Below the pieces are notes generated by a model. The model had not been told where the DNA came from and did no database searches. It worked only from the letters and a program-made list of their open reading frames with translations. A program made the position numbers and the translations under genes. A DNA stretch of 64,000 bases from the human T2T-CHM13v2.0 reference genome, Homo sapiens, in the NCBI RefSeq assembly GCF_009914755.1, contig NC_060930.1, one strand, 5' to 3'. Shown in pieces: positions 58,361 to 64,000 of the stretch (its first letter is position 1; every line of letters starts with the position of its first letter).

Positions 58361-59899
58361 CAGAAAGGCTGAAAGCCAAAACAAGTAAACTGGCCTCCAC
58401 ACAACCGATCCAAACAGCCTGGGGCCTGGCAGTGCCAGGGGAAGAGCTTGAAAGGAAAAACAACCAAAAACAACACACAAGCTTATCTTTGTCATGGCTG
58501 ACCCAGCTCACAGCCAGGCACGGAAACAGAGTGGCTTTATAAGAAAATGCCTTTCTTTCCACGCAGTAATTGAATCCAGTTGTGGCTTGAGGTTATACAT
58601 TAGTGGGGTTTTAAAAAGGTTTGTCTCTTAGACAATTCTGCTCCAGCTGAGCAATCTTATATTTCTGTTAAATTCCTGTGAAGCAGCGTGCTAAATCATC
58701 CATCATATCATATAATCCTTTGGGATCTGACTCTCACACTCACCCAACAGATAAGCCAGGAATCCTTTAGGCTCTTTAAAAGCTAAACCTCTTGAGTGGA
58801 GTCCAGGACAACCCCTCTGGATACAGAATTCTGCTTTGCAGTAAATAGCATTTGGGGCAGTTCTAGGGCCGCTGAATTTTCAGAAGGCTTCAGGTTGACT
58901 TTAGCACCATTCCTCTTCAAGAGGGCTCTCTCTCCTTGTCCAATCAATACTCTTCTGGCGACCCCCTAAGGGGGAAGAGCTCAGCGGTGGCTAGGACAGG
59001 ATGTTTCAGAGTCAGATTGGGTTGCATCTTGTCCCATGGCTATCACTGCCGGCTGACAGCACACTTCACTGCTAATGAAATGAAACAGTCCCTCTTCTAG
59101 CAACTGCCACCCACATCAGGACAGCAAGTCTTACACCACCAGTTGGAGTCCTGCCCTGGAGCCCTCAGGGGCACAGATTCAAAGGCCGTCGCCAGAAGCT
59201 CTTCACTAAAGCAGGCTTTTTACGAAGTTTTAATGACTTTGGTCATCCTGCAATGATAAAAAGATCCACATGGGCACTAGAGTGGGATATGGGTTGAATT
59301 AAGAAGAGTGAAGTGTCTTTTGTAGACATGAGTACGCACTCTGTGCACTGGACTCTGGTTGTGTGAAAGCTACAAAGAGTGTGCAGTCTCTCCTGTCCTC
59401 GGCACCTTATGTGCCTCTGTCCTCCAGCTTCTCCCTGGTTTCAAAACACTTTCACTCAGGGTGCTGGGCGGAAAGGAAATGGCACATATAGACACTTGGG
59501 AGAGTTTAGTAAAGACGCTATTTGCAAAGGTGTGAGCAGGGTATGGGGTTGGGGGCTGGGGGGAGGGCTCCACCCCTGGCCTGAGGGTGAAGGGAACAGG
59601 CACTAGATCCAGAGACAGCAGAGTGGGAACTAACAGGAATCGTGACACAGCCGACAGGGTGACCCCACAGCGAGGTGCAGGGGAATCCAGCCCCTGCAGC
59701 TTCAACCTCTGCTCTCCTGGGGGGGGCTCCCTAGCCACAGCCCACCAGAAGCCAGAGGGCAATGGGGCCTGTGGATGGCGCCATACGAGTCAGCCTCTGC
59801 CCTGCTCATGCCAGCTCTCCCCTGGCACTGCCAGGCCCCAAGCTGTCTGGTTTGGTTATAGGGGAACCAGTTTGCTTGTTTTGGCTTTGGGCCATTTTG
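58361..59899. repeat. Inverted duplication: 58361-58448 and 59813-59899
   Basis: ~82% identity over 88 bp by manual alignment; perfect 23-nt core tggggcctggcagtgccagggga. Confidence 0.9.
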
Positions 59900-61617
59900 C
59901 CCAGGGCATGAGCAGAGCAGAGGCTGGATCTGGAAGAGCCAGTGGGAGGCACGCAGCATACACACCACACCTGGAGACGTCTAGAACTCAGGGACTAGGT
60001 TTTACTCATCTTTATATTCTAGAGCCTGGTGCATAATGGCACATGATGTATTTTTTTCAGAACAAATGTTAGAAAGAAAGAATGAATGAAAGCGTACATA
60101 CATACGTGGACATGTAGCAGCACCAGGTGGCAGGTGAGGAAGTTCCAGAGGCGATACTATTGCACAGGAAGGAAACTGTCACGGGAGAGAGAACTCTGTG
60201 GCCTGGAGCAAGTGGAAGTGGCTCTATGGGGGAAGAAGGAAAGTTCGTTCTTAAAGGAGTGTGTGGTAGGTCAGCAGAGAGGGCATTCCAGGTGGAGGAA
60301 GCAGGAGCATGGAGGCAGGAGTGGGTGCCGTGTGTCCAGGAAACAACAGTGCAGTGTGGTCAGAGTGGGAGGTTCATGCAGAGACCAGGAGGTATTAGGG
60401 GGAGCAGAATACAGAAGGGTCTGGGTGGTGGCCAAGGAGTCCAGGATGTCCCCTGAATATGGTGGGCAAGCACTGGGACCCAGGCAACGGAGCAGCTGAG
60501 GGCAGGCCAGGAGGTACAAAGACCAGAGGTTCCAGATAAGGACTCTTGGGCAAGCCAGCTCGAGAAAGAAGGGCAGAGGTGCATGAAGTGAGAAAGAAGC
60601 AAAGGACTCAGTGCCTCGCTGGCCCGGGGAAGATGGAAGAGAAAGGCAGGCACCAGGACCAGTGAGGCTGGGTCTGGGTGGCTGGGAAGTGACAGTGTTG
60701 GCAGCGCAGAACCCTGCTGCAGTCTCTCCCAGGGCCACCCTGCCCAGCAGTCTCCCCTAGGGCTGCCAGACAACAGCACACAAGAGGACTGGAGCGGCTC
60801 CTGGAGGTTCTTACACCTTGAAAGTCCCCAAGGAAAAATGTTTCCCAGGCACAGGAGGGAGGGCAGCTATGTCAGCTCTCCCTAGACCAAGATCCCTCAC
60901 CTCCTTTGGTCCTCAAAAATAGAACCTCAGGTCTGGCTTGGAGGAGGATCTCAGCCAGAGCAACACCTATCTCCACCCAGGCAGAGTCAGGGGGAAGACA
61001 GGGATCGCCATTCCTCAGGTGCCTGGCCCTGAGGTCCCCTGTGCAGTCCAGTCTCCCTGGTTGCTGAGAGCTGACACCTCATGACCCTTAGAAGGGTTGG
61101 GACAATCCCCATCAGCAGCTCAAATGCACAGCAGTTATCAGAGGGAGGTCTCCCTGGCACCCTGCCCTTTGCCACATGCTGCCCTGCTCGGTCACAGGCC
61201 CCCCGTCACCTGGTCTGTGTGCCAGGGCAGGAGTGGGACTCCAGGGAGGAGCTCCCCTTGCAAGCCCTGGGCCCCGCTGGCGCCAATGTCCCAGCTTAAA
61301 AAATGAAAGTAAAAGAGAAAGATATCAGTACGAAAATATTTGTTGACTTTCTATCTTCTGGGGTAAAAGTGTGAGAAAAAAATTTAAAAAGAAATAAAAT
61401 ATCTGTGGATTTTCTAAAACCCACTGGGAACGAGACAGGAAAAAAATGAAGACAAAGTTATCACTATGAGAGAAATACTGTCCTGTGAATTTAAGCCCCA
61501 AGTGAATAAACTCATAATAAATGATTGTGTTGGCCCCGGGTGGGGTGTGGAAAATGAGAAGCCTGAGACACAGCCCCACTGCTCAGGACCTCAGACTGTG
61601 GCCAAGCTCCCCACCCC

Positions 61618-62073
61618 TGTTAGATTCCTAGGGCTGCTTTAACAAATCACCACAACAAATATGGTGGCTGCAGACCACAGAAATACACTCTCCCACGGTT
61701 CTGAGAGGGCAGAGGTCTGAAATCAAGGCGTCAGCTGTGCCATGCTTCCTCCAAAGGCTCTAGGGGAGAATCCTTCCTGTCCTTTCCAGCTTTTGGTGAT
61801 ACCCAGCTTTCCTTGGCTTGTGGCTGCATCGCTGCCAACTTTGCCTTTATCTTCACATGGGCTCCTCCTATTCTCTCTGTCTTCTCCTCTTCTGCCCTTT
61901 ATAAGGACACTTGTCATTGGATTCAGGACCCACCTGGATAATCCAGATGATCTCATCTCAAGATCCTTATGAATTACCTCTGCAAAGATCCTCTTTCTAA
62001 ATAAGGTCACATCCACAGTTCCAGGAGCTAGGACGTGGACGTACCTTTTTGGGGGCCATCACTTACCCACCAC
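61618..62073 (-). mobile_element. MLT1C/D-like MaLR LTR
   Basis: cctagggctgc..taacaaat..ccacaa; ataatccagatgatctcatctcaagatcctta; aaataaggtcacat. Confidence 0.8.
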
Positions 62074-62662
62074 CTGGCCCCCATCTTCAGTCTCACCTTC
62101 ACCGTGTTGTTTCTAGGTTGAGTTGTTTCCAGGTTGAGTTGAGTGTGAGACTCCACAATGAAGGCGGGAACAAAGGTAGGGGGCAGCTGGTGGGTAAGCG
62201 ATGGCCCCCAGAAAGATAAACAAGTTGCCTCATCGAAACAAACGAAAAAACAAGTTCTTTCTTTCCTGTTACCCGTTAAGCTGAGTCACTCATGCTTTCC
62301 CTCCTTCACTTAGCTATCACATTTCTCCAAAGTGTGGTTTGTATCAATACTTCTGTTTTTGACCTACCACTTACTTTTCAAAGCAATTTATTATGTTTTA
62401 AGCATACAGAAACATGTAGAGAACAATATGATTTTTTTAAATGTTAATGTTTTTCTCTCATTTACTCATTTATAGAGAAATATAACATAGAATTTTCCAT
62501 TTTAATCATTTTGAAATGTATGGTTCCATTAATGATTCCCACTCACTTTTAAATGTTTGGAATTGAGAGAACTCTTACTGGACAGGGATGAGGGTAAAAG
62601 CCAAAGTCTGCCAGTGTCCATCCTCAACCTTCTCAGCCCTTTACTAAATCAGATACTGCTAA

Positions 62663-62979
<317 letters not shown>

Positions 62980-63033
62980 CACCCTTTTCTTAAAACTCCT
63001 CCCTCAGCTTCGCAGATCTCTGTCCTTTCCTTT

Positions 63034-63083
63034 CTCTACTATTTCTCTAGCCCCCTTCCTCTACTATTTCTCTAGCCCCCTTC
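63034..63083. repeat. Perfect 25-bp tandem duplication
   Basis: ctctactatttctctagcccccttc x2. Confidence 0.9.
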
Positions 63084-63528
63084 CTCCTCATCTTCCTGGA
63101 CTTGTCTGAGTTCCACTGAAGGCTGGACTTGTCTCTGAATCCACATTTGTATTTCCAACTGTCTTCTACGCATCCCTACAAAGATGTCCTATTGAAACCT
63201 CAAACTCAGTATGTTCAAAAGTGGACCCATGATCCCTTCTTTCAACACTTGTGCTTCCTCCACGTTCGCCCCAATCTGTACACAGCACCACCACCCATGC
63301 AGTCACCCAGTGCAGCACCATCTTGTCCTTCGTTATCCACTCTGACCCATAACTTCCATCTCTATAGTAGCTTCTCCCTCCTGACGTCTTTTCCATTCTG
63401 ACTCTTGATGCTAACGCCTGCCTTCCAGTGTCAGCCTGGGACTCTATAGTAGACATCTCACAGGCTTGCCTATGTCCACCCTCTGTTTCTGTTCTATTTC
63501 CTATATTGTTAATAAATTGTTCTCCCTA

Positions 63529-63880
<352 letters not shown>

Positions 63881-64000
63881 ACACAATTCTGATACATCTA
63901 GTCAAAAACCTTCATTAACTCCCACTACTTTGAGAATAAAGCCTGAACTCCATGGCTGAACCTTCAATGCTCCCTGAGGTGGCCCTGTCCCTCCACCCCC

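Noticed and set aside
59370-60779. Cluster of 110-155 aa ORFs in GC-richer sequence
   Set aside because: Overlap on both strands with no recognisable domain; expected from low stop density and old LTR/L2 relics

Overview
This is primate (almost certainly human) nuclear DNA, not prokaryotic. It is repeat-dense and has no intact protein-coding gene that I can recognise, no rRNA/tRNA genes and no CRISPR. The main feature is a two-LTR, ~6.9 kb defective betaretrovirus-like provirus (HERV-K HML-3/HERVK9 type, MER9-like LTRs, 15705-22600). It has gag-pro-pol-env remnants, a Lys-type PBS, a PPT and a target-site duplication (TSD). Around it lie ~25 Alu/FLAM copies, many ERV1/MaLR LTRs (MER41A with internal region, MER41B, LTR8, LTR1, MER50, MER4, MER21, MST/THE1/MLT1), L1/L2/MIR relics and Tigger/MER DNA-transposon fossils. 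Repeat family names come from my recall of consensus sequences, not a database search. Best leads: (1) phase-compatible, splice-site-bounded islands of unique sequence on the minus strand (37652 to ~15340), suggesting a decayed multi-exon gene or lncRNA with the provirus inserted ~27 nt from one acceptor; (2) an 88-bp inverted duplication that matches no repeat I recognise, whose second copy is framed by 22-bp inverted repeats; (3) an Alu fragment copied from its neighbour by apparent template switching; (4) a 36-bp tandem CCAAT/NF-Y array; (5) a MER41B carrying one STAT1-type and one STAT6-type site. All functional claims are hypotheses.
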